Counted from the first letter of the stretch, positions 11,605-24,435 are shown. The stretch is DNA of 64,000 bases from Octopus sinensis (GCF_006345805.1 NC_043002.1:11470001-11534000); one strand, 5' to 3'. Notes: generated by a model not told the origin, from the sequence alone. A program made the numbers and translations.

Positions 11605-12078
11605 CCAGCACTGGTTGTCAAATGATGGTGAAGGACAAACACAGTCACACATGACAAACACACACACACATATATATATATACATATATATATACATATA
11701 ACAGGCTTCTTGTTGTTTACCAAAACTTTGGTTAACCCAACACTATAGTAGAAGACCCTTGCCCAAGTGAGACTGAACCCGGAACCATGTGGTTGAGAAG
11801 CAAGCTTCTTACCACACAGCCATGCCTATATCTAGACTAGTAGCAATCTTTCTTTTCCTTTTTTCATTCGCTAATCATTCATCAGGGAGTATGTATGGGA
11901 TGTGGGTAGAAATAGGGGTGGATTTCTAACTGCTAAATCAACAAGTTTTATTGATATGAAATAAGATATTTTTGATTGATGGAATAGGAGATTTATTGAG
12001 ATTAAACATCAATCTTTTATATAAATCCTGTTGACTTTCTGAAATTAGTTGAACCTATACAAACACCACATGCTCTCA

Positions 12079-12115
<37 letters not shown>

Positions 12116-12375
12116 CCTCTGTCTCTTATTCTTTCTCTCCTACTGTCCCCTTCTTCCCTCTCTCTGCCGCTTTCTCCCTCTCTGTCTCTCTTTCTCTCTC
12201 TCTAACTGCCCCATTTCTAACTACATGAATTATGGAATTTGTGACTGCAAGCCAGAACTAAGGGTAAAAGCTTGACAGAGAAGACTTTTTCTGTAAACAT
12301 TTCAATTAAGAAATTGCCCTTTAAACAACAACCCACCTGAGATTGAAGATCAACGATAGAAACTTCCAGCTTTAA

Positions 12376-12595
12376 CCCTTTAGTGTTTAAACCGGCTGTA
12401 TCCGGCCCAAATATTCTACACATTTTATGCTCAAACTGGCCAGAACCAGCATCTCACACCTACCCTGCAATGTCATTCTAAAAATAAGCAATTACATCTT
12501 TCCTATCTTGAAGCTACAAAATAATATCAGATGAATTTTTTTAAATGTGAATAAATAAGGATTATTTTTGCCAAATCAATCTGAATGCTAAAGGG
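12376..12595. mobile_element. piggyBac-type MITE (family 1)
   Basis: TTAA|CCCTTTAG ... CTAAAGGG|TTAA, 220 bp. Second copy at 56229-56450. Confidence 0.85.
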
Positions 12596-12754
12596 TTAAA
12601 GGGATCTACATTCAAACCTTCCATTGTAGTTTCAACCCGCCTGAGACTGATGCTGGATCTATGATACAAACTCCCTACTTTAGAGCCACCCTAAATTAAA
12701 ACTTTCCATCAAAATTCCATCTTCATTTTTTTTCTTTCTAAACAACAGTAATTT

Positions 12755-12935
12755 TAAGGGCTGGAAGCTAGTTGATTAGATTGACCCCGGTACTTCACTA
12801 ACAGTATATATTATCAACCCCAAAAGGAGCCAAAACAAAGTTAGCCCTTCAGAATTTGAACTCAGAATGTACAGAGCCAGAAGAAATGAAGCTTAGCATT
12901 TTCTCTGACACACTAATAATTCCTCCAGCACATCA
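12755..12935 (-). mobile_element. SINE family B (decayed)
   Basis: Homology to the other B copies. Confidence 0.7.
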
Positions 12936-12943
12936 CTTTTGTT

Positions 12944-12980
<37 letters not shown>

Positions 12981-12994
12981 TAATAATAATAATA

Positions 12995-13408
12995 AATGTA
13001 TCTGTCAAGAGGTTTCAAAAACTGAGCAAGTATAAAGATCTTGAAACAGAAATTAGCAAAATGTGGATCCTGAAGACTAAAACAATACCTGTTGTCATAG
13101 GTGCCCTAGGAATGATAGCAAAATTGTTAACTAGCTCAGATACCAGGAGACCCCAAAATGGTAGAAATTCAAAAGATAGTGCTCATGGGAACTGCCCATG
13201 TCCTATATAAAATACTGTGTGTGTAATCTCAAATTTTAAAACAAACTCATAATTTTCCTATGATTTCTCTAAAACAATAGCATGTGCAAAACCAAATATA
13301 TGGCACCCTAAGTATAACATCAACATGAACTTCTAACTAGTCTCTTTGAGGTCTCTGGGTGAGACTTGGATCCAACTTGTACAAGTACAAAACAAAAGTC
13401 AAACATAA
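12995..13408 (+). mobile_element. 3' end of an RLE-type (R4/Dong-like) non-LTR retrotransposon
   Basis: Encodes QKLSKYKDLETEISKMWILKTKTIPVVIGALGMIAK, matching the KxxKYxDL...W...PVVIGALG restriction-like endonuclease motif, then a 3' UTR. Preceded by (TAA)n. Confidence 0.85.
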
Positions 13409-13453
13409 GATGATGATGATGATGATGATGATGATAGTAAGAAGAAGAAGAAT

Positions 13454-13810
13454 ACCAGGAAATCCAAATATGGAAGAAATTCAAAAATTAGTGCTCATTG
13501 GATCTACTCATATCCCAGGAAAAATATTGTGTATGTAATCCCAGAAACATTTTAATCTGTAAACAGTGTCAAAATCCTTTCAAATGTAGATACTATTTAC
13601 TCTCATCTAAACGTCACACTAACATCTTATAATCAAATTACTTTAAAATAAACTTTTTATTTACTTACACTTCGACATATTCTCTAGAACAATACTTTAT
13701 GCCAAATATGTGCACCCTAATCATAACACAGACCTGAACTTTTAACTTGTCTTTTGAGGTCCCTGGGTGAGACTTGGAGTCAACTTGTACAAATACAAAG
13801 CAAAAGTCAA
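13454..13810 (+). mobile_element. Second, shorter 3' end of the same RLE-type element
   Basis: PGNPNMEEIQKLVLIGSTHIPGKILCM*, and a 3' UTR homologous to 13290-13405. Ends in a TAA/TGA tract. Confidence 0.8.
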
Positions 13811-13825
13811 TGATAATAATAATGA

Positions 13826-14077
13826 TCCTTTCTGCTAAAAGGCACAAGGACTAAATTTTGCGGGAGGGGCAAGTTGATTAAATTGACCCCAGTATGTAAC
13901 TAGTACTTATTTTACCGACCCTGAAAGGATGACAGGCAAAGTCAGCTTTGGCAGGATTTGAACTCAGAATGTAATAAAGATGGACGAAATACCTCCCGGG
14001 ATTTTGCCTGGTATGCCAATGTATCTGCCAGCTTGCCATGTTAAATAATAATAATAATAATAACAATAATAATAATG

Positions 14078-14129
<52 letters not shown>

Positions 14130-14343
14130 TTCATTTTTATTATAGGCACAAGGCCTGAAATTTTGGAGGAGGGGACTAGTTGAATACATTGACCCCAGAG
14201 TGCAGTTGGTACTCATTTCATCAACCCCGAAAGTATGAAAGGCTAAGTTGACCTCTGAGGAATCTGAACTTAGAACGTGAAGACAGAGGGAATTCCACCA
14301 AGCGTTTCATTCGGTGTGCTAACAATTCTGCCATTTCACCACT
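13826..14343 (-). mobile_element. Two SINE B copies (about 13826-14040 and 14132-14343) separated by (TAA)n
   Basis: Both have the ggcacaagg...tttgaactcagaa...ctgccag architecture. Confidence 0.8.
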
Positions 14344-14881
14344 TTGGTAATAATTGTAACAATAATAATGATTATGACAAATAAGGGTACCAAAATCCTG
14401 TTTGCCCATGGTGCCAGCAACTCTGGAGCTGACTTTTGTTCTGGAAACCAACTAAAGATAGATGAGTATATCTTTAAGAAATATGAGATTACAAAAATTA
14501 ATATTCTCAGTTCATTAGCAACAAGAATGGAATTGCTACACGTAGAATAATCTTTCTCAGAAGATAAAATTTTTTTATCAAACTGAGGTAGAATTAATTT
14601 TGACAATTAAATAGAATTTCTGAAATACAAATTCTTGAAAGCTTTTTTCCTTTTTCATTTTCTTTGAATTAGATGTCTTTAAATTTTTTTTTTTTCTGCT
14701 TTTGTTTTTATGATTTATTGTTTGTAAATTACAATAATTTTCTCTGTTTCTTAAAATTTTCATGAATCCTAAATAGAATGGAATTCTCAAGAAGTTCAAA
14801 GATTAACCAAAGAACAGATCCACAAGAGTTGTTTTTATTATCATTGTTAGTGTTGTTGTAGTTGTTGATATTGATATTGGG

Positions 14882-14914
<33 letters not shown>

Positions 14915-15184
14915 GTTATTATTATTATTATTATAATGTTTATGTTTATTATTATTGGTAAAATCACGGGAAGAATTCTGCTGAATAGATGAAGATGCAC
15001 ATGTTTATAATGAATGAAATTATATTCCATGAATATTGGCATATATAAGCACCTAATTAAGGTTTGTAGGCTTTAATTTGTAGGCTTTAATTAAATCTCA
15101 TGATAAAACTGTATTAAGCATGCAAAATCGTGTTTAAAAATGAAACAAAAGCTAAACCTAAACACAACAGCATAAACAATAATA

Positions 15185-15900
15185 GTTCTTTCTACTTTTG
15201 GCTCAAGGCCAGCAATTTTAGAGGGTGGATAGTTGAAATATTAAATTGGTTCCAGTACTTGATTGGAATTATTTTATCAACCCCGATACAATGACGGGCA
15301 AAGTTGTCCTTGGCAGAGTTTGAACTCAGAATGCATAACTGAAAATATTGCCATGAATGGCTGTGTGGTAAGTAGTTTGTTTACGAACCACATGGTTCCG
15401 GGTTCAGTCCCACTGCGTGACACCTTGGGCAAGTGTCTTCTGCTATAGTCACAGGTCGACCACAGCCTTGTGAGTGGATTTGGTAGACAGAAACTGAAAG
15501 AAGCCGGTTGTATATATATGTATGTGGTTGGCGTTAGGAAGGGCATCCAGTTGTAGAAACTTTGCCAGATCAGATTGGAGCCTGGTGAAGCCTTTGGGCT
15601 CGCTAGTCCTCAGTCAAACCGTCCAACCCATGCAAACATGGGAAGTGGACGTTAAACGACAATGATGATGATAATGATGATGTGTGTGTGTATATGTTTG
15701 CGTGTCTGTATTTGCCCCCCCCCCATTGCTTGACAACTGATGCTGGTGTGTTTACGTCCCCGTAACTTAGTGGTTCAACAAAAGAGACCAATAGAATAAT
15801 ACTAGGCTTACAAATAATAAGTCCTGGGGTCAATTTGCTCGACTAAAGCTGATGCTCCAGTATGGCCACAGTCAAATGACTGAAACAAGTAAAAGAGTAA
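15185..15900. mobile_element. SINE B (-, 15185-15345), then SINE A (+, 15345-15900) with family E (+, about 15525-15680) nested in its centre
   Basis: SINE A 5' half ends at the TA linker, then ggttggcgttaggaagggcatccag...ggacgttaaacga(tga)n, then the SINE A 3' half. Confidence 0.8.
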
Positions 15901-15974
15901 AGAAAAAAAAAGCATCTTATCTGGCAAGCTTACAACAACAATAGTAACAATGCCAACAACAATGATAATAATAA

Positions 15975-16195
15975 TAATGGCTTCAAATTTTGGAATAAGG
16001 CCAGCAGTTTTAGGGGTTGGGGTAAGTCAATTACATAGACCCAAAAGTTCAACTGGGACTTATTATATCAACTCTTAAAGGATTAAGGGCAAAGTTGACC
16101 CTCGCGCAGTTTGAATTCCAAATCTAAATCCAGAAGAAATTCCACTTGGGCATTTTGTTCTGGTATACTAATGTTTCTGTCAGGCTGCTGCATTA
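15975..16195 (-). mobile_element. SINE family B (decayed)
   Basis: Homology to the other B copies. Confidence 0.65.
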
Positions 16196-16198
16196 ACA

Positions 16199-16199
<1 letters not shown>

Positions 16200-16232
<33 letters not shown>

Positions 16233-16590
16233 CGATGACGATGAAGATGATGATGATAATTATAATGATGATGATGAAGTAGATGATGATGAAGATGATG
16301 ATGATGATGATAATGATGAAGATGAAGATGATGATGATGATGACGTGATGATGATAATTATAATGATGATGATGATGATAATGATAATGATAATGATGAA
16401 GATGAAGATGATGATGATGATAATTATAATGATGATGACGAAGATGATGATGATGAAGATGATGATGATGATAATTATAATGATGATGATGAAGATGATG
16501 ATGATGATGATGATGAAGGTGATGAAGACGATGATGATGATGATAATTATGACAACGACAACGATGACAATGATGATAATAATAATGAAT
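16200..16590. repeat. Compound (GAT/GAC/GAA)n trinucleotide tract
   Basis: Includes the recurring subunit gataattataatgatgatg. Source of the poly-D, poly-M and poly-H pseudo-ORFs. Confidence 0.95.
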
Positions 16591-17479
16591 TCTTTTATGC
16601 AATAATTAAATAAGAAAAAAAAAAGTGTATGGTTAGCATACAGAAAGAAATTAAGTAGCTTTACTGCAAATGGAAATCTCCAGGTAAAAGAAAAGAAGAA
16701 AGAAACAAATAGAGAGAGAGAGAAAGAAAGAAAATTAGGAGTATACAAAGGAAATATTTGAAATGCAACACTGGCTATTTGGTGGAACAATGGAAGGATT
16801 TGCAGATGACATATATAGTAAAAGAGTTAATCACACGTATCAAAAGGCAAGAAGAAACAAAAAAGAAAAAAGCCCACAAAAAAATATAGAAAATAATAAT
16901 AATAATAACAACAACAATGTCAATAATAATAATAATAATAATAATTATAATAATGGTAATATAAAGCTTTAGTAATGTTTTAACACTCTTAAGCAATTGT
17001 CTGTTAGAGTTTTGAGTCTTGAGTTAATTCAATCCAAAGAAATTTACTTAAATCCCTATCAACAAGTGCTCTTATTCATTAATGCCTTTATTTATTTATT
17101 TATTTATTTATTCCTTGTATGCGTTGTTTATTTTTTGGGGGGAGATTTTTTTGTGTGTTTTTCTGATATATTTATCTGTAATTTCATTTAGTATTTGTAT
17201 TTTTTTGTTCTTTTTCATTTTTTTCTTTTCTTGCTTTGTTAAAATTTCCAGTTAATAATTAGAGAAATACACACAAGTAACCCCACCCACCAAAAAAAAA
17301 AAAAAAATTATAATATAATTCCTCTGCTCACTCTCTTCTCTCCCCACCCATGCCTACACCCCACACCGCCAAAATGTGAAGGGCGGCTTGTAAAGATCAC
17401 AGCTTCTGTTACTCTTACCATAACATTTCTAACATGTATGCAATGAAATGAGTTTAGCAAGCATTGCAAAATAATAATA

Positions 17480-17519
<40 letters not shown>

Positions 17520-17521
<2 letters not shown>

Positions 17522-18077
17522 GCCCTGATGCAGTACCAGGCAGTGGCTCTCATGGCTTCTGATCTTAACTGACTGAAGTGTTATCATGTACATTGTTTTG
17601 TCTGGTATAAAAGATGGGCTACAGCAAATAGTCTTGCTCAATACTATAGATTTGCTTGTCAGTTGTTTGACCTAATCAGTTGAGCATGTCCCTTAGTGGC
17701 TGACGATATGTGCATCTCTGACCACGAGCCTAAGTAGTGGGGGAGCATCATAGCCATGTGTTGAGAGGGATTCTTTGGGGTTTGAATAACTCACCTCTGG
17801 AAACATAGGTGTTTCCTTCAACATCCTTAAACAACCCTTATTCAGGGACCTTCTGAGTGGGATGGGTTACTCGACCAGAAGAAAATTCTAACTGGGCCCC
17901 ACCTGCAAAGGTCATGTGCTGTTTATCTTGATATGAGATCACCAAGTCACGCACACATGGTTGTGATGCATGTGCCTAGTGTACTCTTATCGGACGGGTA
18001 GTCATGATGGGTATACTGGGCTTCGTATATTTTACTCCAGTGTCACTTTGATGGCATGCACTGCTCTCTCACTCAGT
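17520..18077. mobile_element. Unclassified ~560-bp interspersed element G embedded in (TAA)n
   Basis: Sharp transition from and back to TAA/TGA tracts. Second partial copy at 9493-9642. No ORF, TIR or tRNA head seen. Confidence 0.7.
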
Positions 18078-18550
18078 AATAATGACGATGATGATGATGA
18101 TGATGGATGGTGGTGGTGGTGGTGGTGTCAAAAACAAGCAAACTCCACAAACAACATGATTTCAGTTAAGGGAGAGAACAAATATGTATGTGATGATGCA
18201 AACCAATGTGCAAATGAATCAATAAGATTTGGGTGGGTGTGGGGGTTTGCTTTTGTGGTGGGGGGTAGGATCTGAGATTAACTATTCAATTATCAAATCA
18301 AATATTTTTCGGGGGAAAAAAAAAAAAAAAAATATTCCTCTTTTGCTTGTTTTTCAGAGAAGAAAAAATGACAAAAAAAAAAACCCCCATATAAAACAGT
18401 AATTTATTTGACTTAATGCATGTCTTCAGTAGCAGAATCTTTTTTAAAGAAATGCTACATTATATCTTATATATATATATAATATATATATATATATATG
18501 CACATCACACCACACACCCACAACACACATGCATGTATATATGTGTATAT

Positions 18551-18704
18551 GTAGGAGTAGCTTGCTTACGAACCACATGGTTCCGGGTTCAGTCCCACTG
18601 CGTAGCCCCTTAAGCAAGTGTCTTCTACATACTATACAGCCGACCAGCGTTGTGAGTGGGATTGGTAGGGCAGAAACCAAAAAGAGCGTCCGTATGTGTA
18701 TGTA

Positions 18705-18745
<41 letters not shown>

Positions 18746-18960
18746 CAGATATTATAATATATATCTATATATAATATAATATATATATATATTATGTATT
18801 ATATATATATGTAAGTATGTGTGTGTTGTCTGTGTTGTTCCCCACATGCTTGACAACGATGCTGGTGTGTTTACGTCGCCCGTTTTAGCGGTTCAGAAAA
18901 GAGACCGATAGAATAAGTAGCAGGGTTGAATCATCGACTAAAAAAAGGGTTCTTCAGGGC
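18551..18960 (+). mobile_element. SINE family A with expanded central (TA)n
   Basis: Collinear with other copies. Confidence 0.8.
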
Positions 18961-19034
18961 TGGAAACATAATTCAAAAATGTTCATAGTGCCATAGTGAG
19001 GACCTGATCAAAGACTTCACAATTAAAAAGGAAT

Positions 19035-19630
19035 AGGAGAAAACTTTTGGCTCTGTACTAAGAAGCTTGCTTCTTCACCACATGATTCTGAATTCGATCC
19101 AACTGCATGATACCTTGGGAAAGAGTCTTTTACCATAGCCATGGGCCGATCAAAGACTTGTGAGTGGGTTTGGTAGATGGAAACTGAAAGAAGCCCGTCA
19201 TCACCATCATCATCATCATCGTCATCATTTAACGTCCACTTTCCATGCTTGCATGGGATGGACGGTTTGACTGAGAACTGGTAAGCCGGAAGGCTGCACC
19301 AGACTCCAGTCTGATCTGGCAAGGTTTCTACAACCGGATGCCAACCAGTCTGAGAGTGAAGTGGATGCTTTTTGCATGCAACCGCCACGGGAGCTAGTCG
19401 GGTGACACAGGCATCGGTCATGCTCAAATAGTGCTTTTTATGTGCCACCGGCACGGGAGCCAGTGAGGTGGCACTGGCATCGACTACGTTTGAATGGTGT
19501 TTTTTATGTGCCACTGGCATGGGAGCCAGTTAGGTGGCACTGACATTGACCATGCTCAAATGGTGCTTTTTATGTGCCACCAACACAGGAGCCAGTCGGG
19601 CAGCACTAGCATTGACCATGCTTTGATATG

Positions 19631-19670
<40 letters not shown>

Positions 19671-19870
19671 TTTGTGTTTGTGTTTGTCCTCCAGCCACCA
19701 CTTGACAGTGTTAGTGTGTTTACTCCCCTTAACTTAGCAGTTCAGGAAAAGACACTGATATGATAAGTCCTGGGTTTAAAAAAGAAGCCTTTGTGTTGAT
19801 TTGTTCGACTGACACCCTCCCATGTGGTGCTCCAGTGTGTACGCAGTCAAATGACTGAAACAAGTAAGAG
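19035..19870. mobile_element. SINE A (+) with family E (-, about 19200-19625, including VNTR units) nested centrally
   Basis: SINE A halves at 19035-19200 and 19626-19870 flank the E copy. Confidence 0.8.
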
Positions 19871-20034
19871 AATAAAAAATTGAAGGATAAATATAAATAA
19901 AGTGGAAATATAAGAAAATAGACAATATTTTTCCACCCTTCTTTAGCTTTGTTTCATTGGAAGAATAAAAATTTATTGTTTTAGGATTTGCTTTGCAAGA
20001 TTCTTTATATGAGTTCATATGTTGAATCATATTC

Positions 20035-20289
20035 TGTTGTGTCTGGGGAGTCATTTTCTTTCAGTGCCTTATAATTTAACACACTCACCAGTAAAATTTC
20101 CACTTGTTTCTTATTTTTATTTTCTTAAAATTCGCGTTGCTTCTTGCAGCCTTTACAATAGTCTTGACTCCCCCAGACACAACAGAGTAAATTTCTATGT
20201 TTATTTTACAAGAAATAAGTGGAAATTTTACTGGTGAGTGTGTTAAATTATCAGGTACAAAAAGAAAATGACTCTCCCCAAACACAACA
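20035..20289. repeat. Fold-back element with ~78-80-bp inverted arms
   Basis: 20035-20112 is the reverse complement of 20210-20289 with a few mismatches and a 2-nt indel. An extra internal inverted copy of the arm tip lies at 20166-20186. Confidence 0.9.
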
Positions 20290-21676
20290 TTAAAATTTAT
20301 TATTGTTTATATTTTAAATAACATACATTTTGTGTCACCAAAGAACATTTACATGCTTAGGGCCTCAACGGATCTTAATCTGACCCTGTGCACCTCCCTA
20401 ATTCTAATCTGGATTTTGGCAGCAAAAGAACAAAAAATGTGTAGAGGACATAGAGTTTTATGGTCCATGGACAATATTTTTATGGGAAAAACAGTCGTGA
20501 ATGGGTTAATAAAGCAAACGAGAAAGATGGTTTTGATTTCTTTATTTTGAAATATATTTCAATTCCACTGAGATTTCCGATGCCTTCAGCCAGACTCAGA
20601 ATGCTTAAACAGCTACAAAATCTTCTGTACAACAGAAAATATTATAGAAAGACAAATACAAACAAAAAGAAATAAAGAAAAAATAATTCTTAATGATAAG
20701 TCTTAACTTTTGGTACAAGAGATGGAATTTCATTCAGACATCATGAATATATTTAAAAATATCACACGATCTAAAGTTCTTTTAGACAGTGAAAATATCC
20801 TTGAAACTTAGATTGGGGAGATACTATATCGGTGAGTTTTCTTCAAGACAAGAATGAGAGATAAGTTAAAAACATTATTGTAACCCAATCATAACAAGAG
20901 TTCTTAAACAAATATATCCATTCATCTTTTTACCTCTGGTCTAATATATATATATATATGTGTGTATATATATCTTCATATATATATATATGTGTGTGTA
21001 TATATATACATATATGTATGTATATCTTTATATATATATATATATATCTTCTTGAATTGCAATTATGATGAGAATATTGTTTTTGAGTCTTATAATAATG
21101 TGTGCTAGTATAATAATATAATATATCTGAAAAAATAACAATTCCATTCCGGATCTTATCTTTCATCTATGCTATATATATATATATAGATATATCTATA
21201 TCTATGTATACGTGTGCATGTGTATGTGTGTATGCATTTGTGTGTGCAATTTTACATATATATATATACACAGAATATAGAACAGTGGTACAACAATGGA
21301 CCAATATTTATATATAAACATTTACAGCTACAGATACACACGCATACACATACATTATACATAGACATATTTAAATACAAACACACATTTATAAGTATGC
21401 ATACACACCAGCACACGCATAAATAAATATTTCTTGTGTAAATTCCACCAAAGACAATAATCATTGTCACCATCGTTTCGATATCTACCATCAGCATCAA
21501 AATCCTCACCACCATCATAATCATCATCATCACCATCATCATATCGTCAGGTGTTTTATTATTATTATTATCATTATTATTATTATTATCATTATTGTTA
21601 TTGTTATTATTTTTATTAACAATTGACATCAGTTGGCAGTCATCAGCAGACCAACTTTCATGCTACCTTTTACCTG

Positions 21677-21714
<38 letters not shown>

Positions 21715-21864
21715 TTTCCATTCGCTAACGAACAACACAGCAAAATTGTAAGAGGAATTGGTCAGGTAGAATAAAAACCTTATGATTTTCGGTATGGCCA
21801 TCTGCATTCCGAGTTCAAATCCCACTGTAGTCAACTTAGCGTTTTATCTTTGCAAGCAGGAGTG

Positions 21865-22535
21865 ACGGGCATGGCTGTGTAGGTAATAAGCTTGATTTGC
21901 AGCCGCGTCATTTCAGGTTCAGTTCCACTGTGTGACACCTTGTGCCAAGATACTATAGCTCCAGCTGACCAGTGGCTTATGACTGAATTTGTTAGATGGA
22001 AGACTATTGTAATGTGTATGTGCGGGGCATATATTTTGGTGTGAGTGTGTGTATGTGTGTGTGTGCATGTGTATGTATATGAGTGGGTGGTTGTATTGAG
22101 TGTGAGTGTGTATGTCTGTGTGTGTATGTGTGTGTGTGTGTGCACACGCACACTTGCATGTGTGTAGAGGTAGGTAGATGTATTTGAGAATGAGTGTGTA
22201 TGTGTGTGTGTGTGTGTGCATGTGTATGTGGGGGGTACGTAGGTGTATTTGGGAGTGAATGTGTATGTGTGTGTGCATGTGTATATGTATGAGCATGTGG
22301 GTGGGTGGTTGTAGTGGATGTGAGTGTGTATGTCTATGTGTGTATGTGTGTGTGTGTTGGAGGGGCTGGGTGTATTTGGGTGTGAGTGTGTATGTGTTTG
22401 TGCATGTGTGTCTTTGTCTCTGAGCTTGTGATTCCTCTCTCACTGACTGATAACTGGTGTAGTTTTGTTTGCATCCCCATAATGTAACAGTCTAGGAAAA
22501 GAGACTGAGATAATAAGTACCAAACTTAGGGAAGA
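21865..22535 (+). mobile_element. SINE A with ~430-bp TG-rich expansion of the central linker
   Basis: 5' half at 21865-22010, 3' half at 22440-22535. Confidence 0.65.
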
Positions 22536-23329
22536 ATAAAACCCAACTATGCATGCACACAACACACACACGCACGCACACACATACACACATAAACACA
22601 CACACAAATGTGCATACACTATGCATGCACACAACACACACACGCACACACACACACATACACACACTCACACATACACACACTCACACACACACACACA
22701 CATGCATGTATGTGCGTGTATTTGAAGGAAGACAACATATTGAGGAACTGTAGTAATGTCATGAAGGAGTGGACAATCACTGAAAAATTCTTTGAATTAG
22801 TTGGGACCAGTTTAATAGAATCTGTATGGTCACTGGACCTGCTAGAAATAGCAGCCAAATTGCCATCAAATCATATTGGAGAAATTTTTTTAAAAAGCAA
22901 AGTCGAGGAATGGGAAAATAAAGAAAAAAACAATGGACATGCTTGGAATGGTTTTAGATCATTAGAAAATGAAAACAACACAATAATAGATAAAAAAAAT
23001 AGCTTGTAAGCCTGTTGAATCAAACCTGTCCAGGGCTAAACAACAAAAGCTACATATTTTGTGATGCACATTGAGTGGGGATGCTACATTTCCTTGTTCA
23101 CAAATATTAGGACACAGATCGTGTCGTATAGCCAGCCGGAGACGAAGTCTCCTGGGGCTAAATTACAGCAACATTCACCCTAAACCAGGACTGCCATGTT
23201 ATGTTGGCAAACAATCTTTACTACAGAGTATTTCATAGGTTCTTTACGTTCTGAGTTTGAATTCCTCGAAGATCAACTTTACTTTCATCCTTTTCATCAA
23301 CATCTTCATGCCCTGGACATTACCGTTTC

Positions 23330-23565
23330 AAGACGTAGGACTCATAAGGCGAGTTACCTGGTCTTCATGATGTGTAAGTGACCAAGATCACAACATCTGC
23401 CCCTGAATAAGAGACCAGGTAACACATTTACAGGTGAATGGCTACAGCAGCATGAAATAAAGTATTCTATACAGCAACATAATTCTCCATTCAATCTGGT
23501 TATTGGAACCACAGTCTTCCAATTGTGAATACAAAACCCTAGCCACAAGGTCATGTGCCTTCAGG
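23330..23565 (-). mobile_element. Decayed tRNA-headed SINE (family F-like)
   Basis: Minus strand starts gaaggcacatgaccttgtggctaggg, similar to the head at 51718. Confidence 0.5.
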
Positions 23566-24257
23566 GTTTCATCTTTTGGGGTTGATAAAATAAAGTACCA
23601 GTCAAGTACTGGTTCTGATGTACTTAATTTGCCCCTCCCCTCAACTTTTTTGGTTTTGTGCTTTAATTGGGAAGAATATTTATTTAGAAGATACTTTATA
23701 TCGTCAAAGACTGCGTCGATGATGTTTTCGGAATAAAGTGCTAAGATTCCCAGATTGTTCGACTTGAATAAAATGAAATTTTATTTGTGTAGATTATCAG
23801 AGAACATCAACGTTTAGTCAGTGATAAGATGCAAAAGCTGATTAGATAAAAGGATAAAAGAATATGCTTATAAATACATATACATGCATGAGCACACACA
23901 CATATATGTGCACACATACACACACACACACACAAGCATACATGCACACATACATACACACAAAGAGAACACACACATATTTGCATATATACACACACAC
24001 ATGCACACACACATACACACAAAGATAAACAAACAGCACACACACATATATGTGCATACATACATACACAGATACACAAACCCACATGCACACACATGCA
24101 CACACAAATACACACCCATGCCCAAATACATACCCACATGCATACACAAACACACACTTGCATACACACATGCATACACAAACACACACTTGCATACACA
24201 CATGCACAGGCAAATACACACACACATGCACACACACATACACACCTGCACACACAC

Positions 24258-24435
24258 ACATGAGGCACATGGCTGTGTGGTTAGAAGTTTCCTTTCTACT
24301 GCATGGTTTTGGGTTCAATCCCACTGCATGGCACCTTCAGCAAGTGTTTTCCACTATGGCCCAGGGTAACCAATGTTTATCGACCAAATTTGGTTGATGG
24401 CAACTGCAAAAAGCTTGTTACATCTCTCTATCTCA

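Larger units (their letters stand above)
11120..11830 (-). mobile_element. SINE A interrupted by a PLE-type insert
   Basis: SINE A sequence stops at 11278 and resumes at 11605 with a duplicated ccaacactg/ccagcactg. Confidence 0.8.

Noticed and set aside
14344-14550. Protein-looking ORF (KGTKILFAHGASNSGADFC...) and an antisense AG/GT-bounded segment
   Set aside because: No recognisable family in any frame and weak splice signals.
16111-16790. Long poly-Asp/Met/His ORFs; likewise 43299-44035
   Set aside because: Compound GAT-type microsatellite open in several frames on both strands.
17520-17580. HDV-like ribozyme at the left end of element G (GGC-TCTCATG-GCT as P3/L3)
   Set aside because: No matching P1 5' strand and no GG for P1.1 could be found.
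22608-23009. ~100-codon open stretch after a CA repeat
   Set aside because: No recognisable domain or splice boundaries. Possibly decayed TE.
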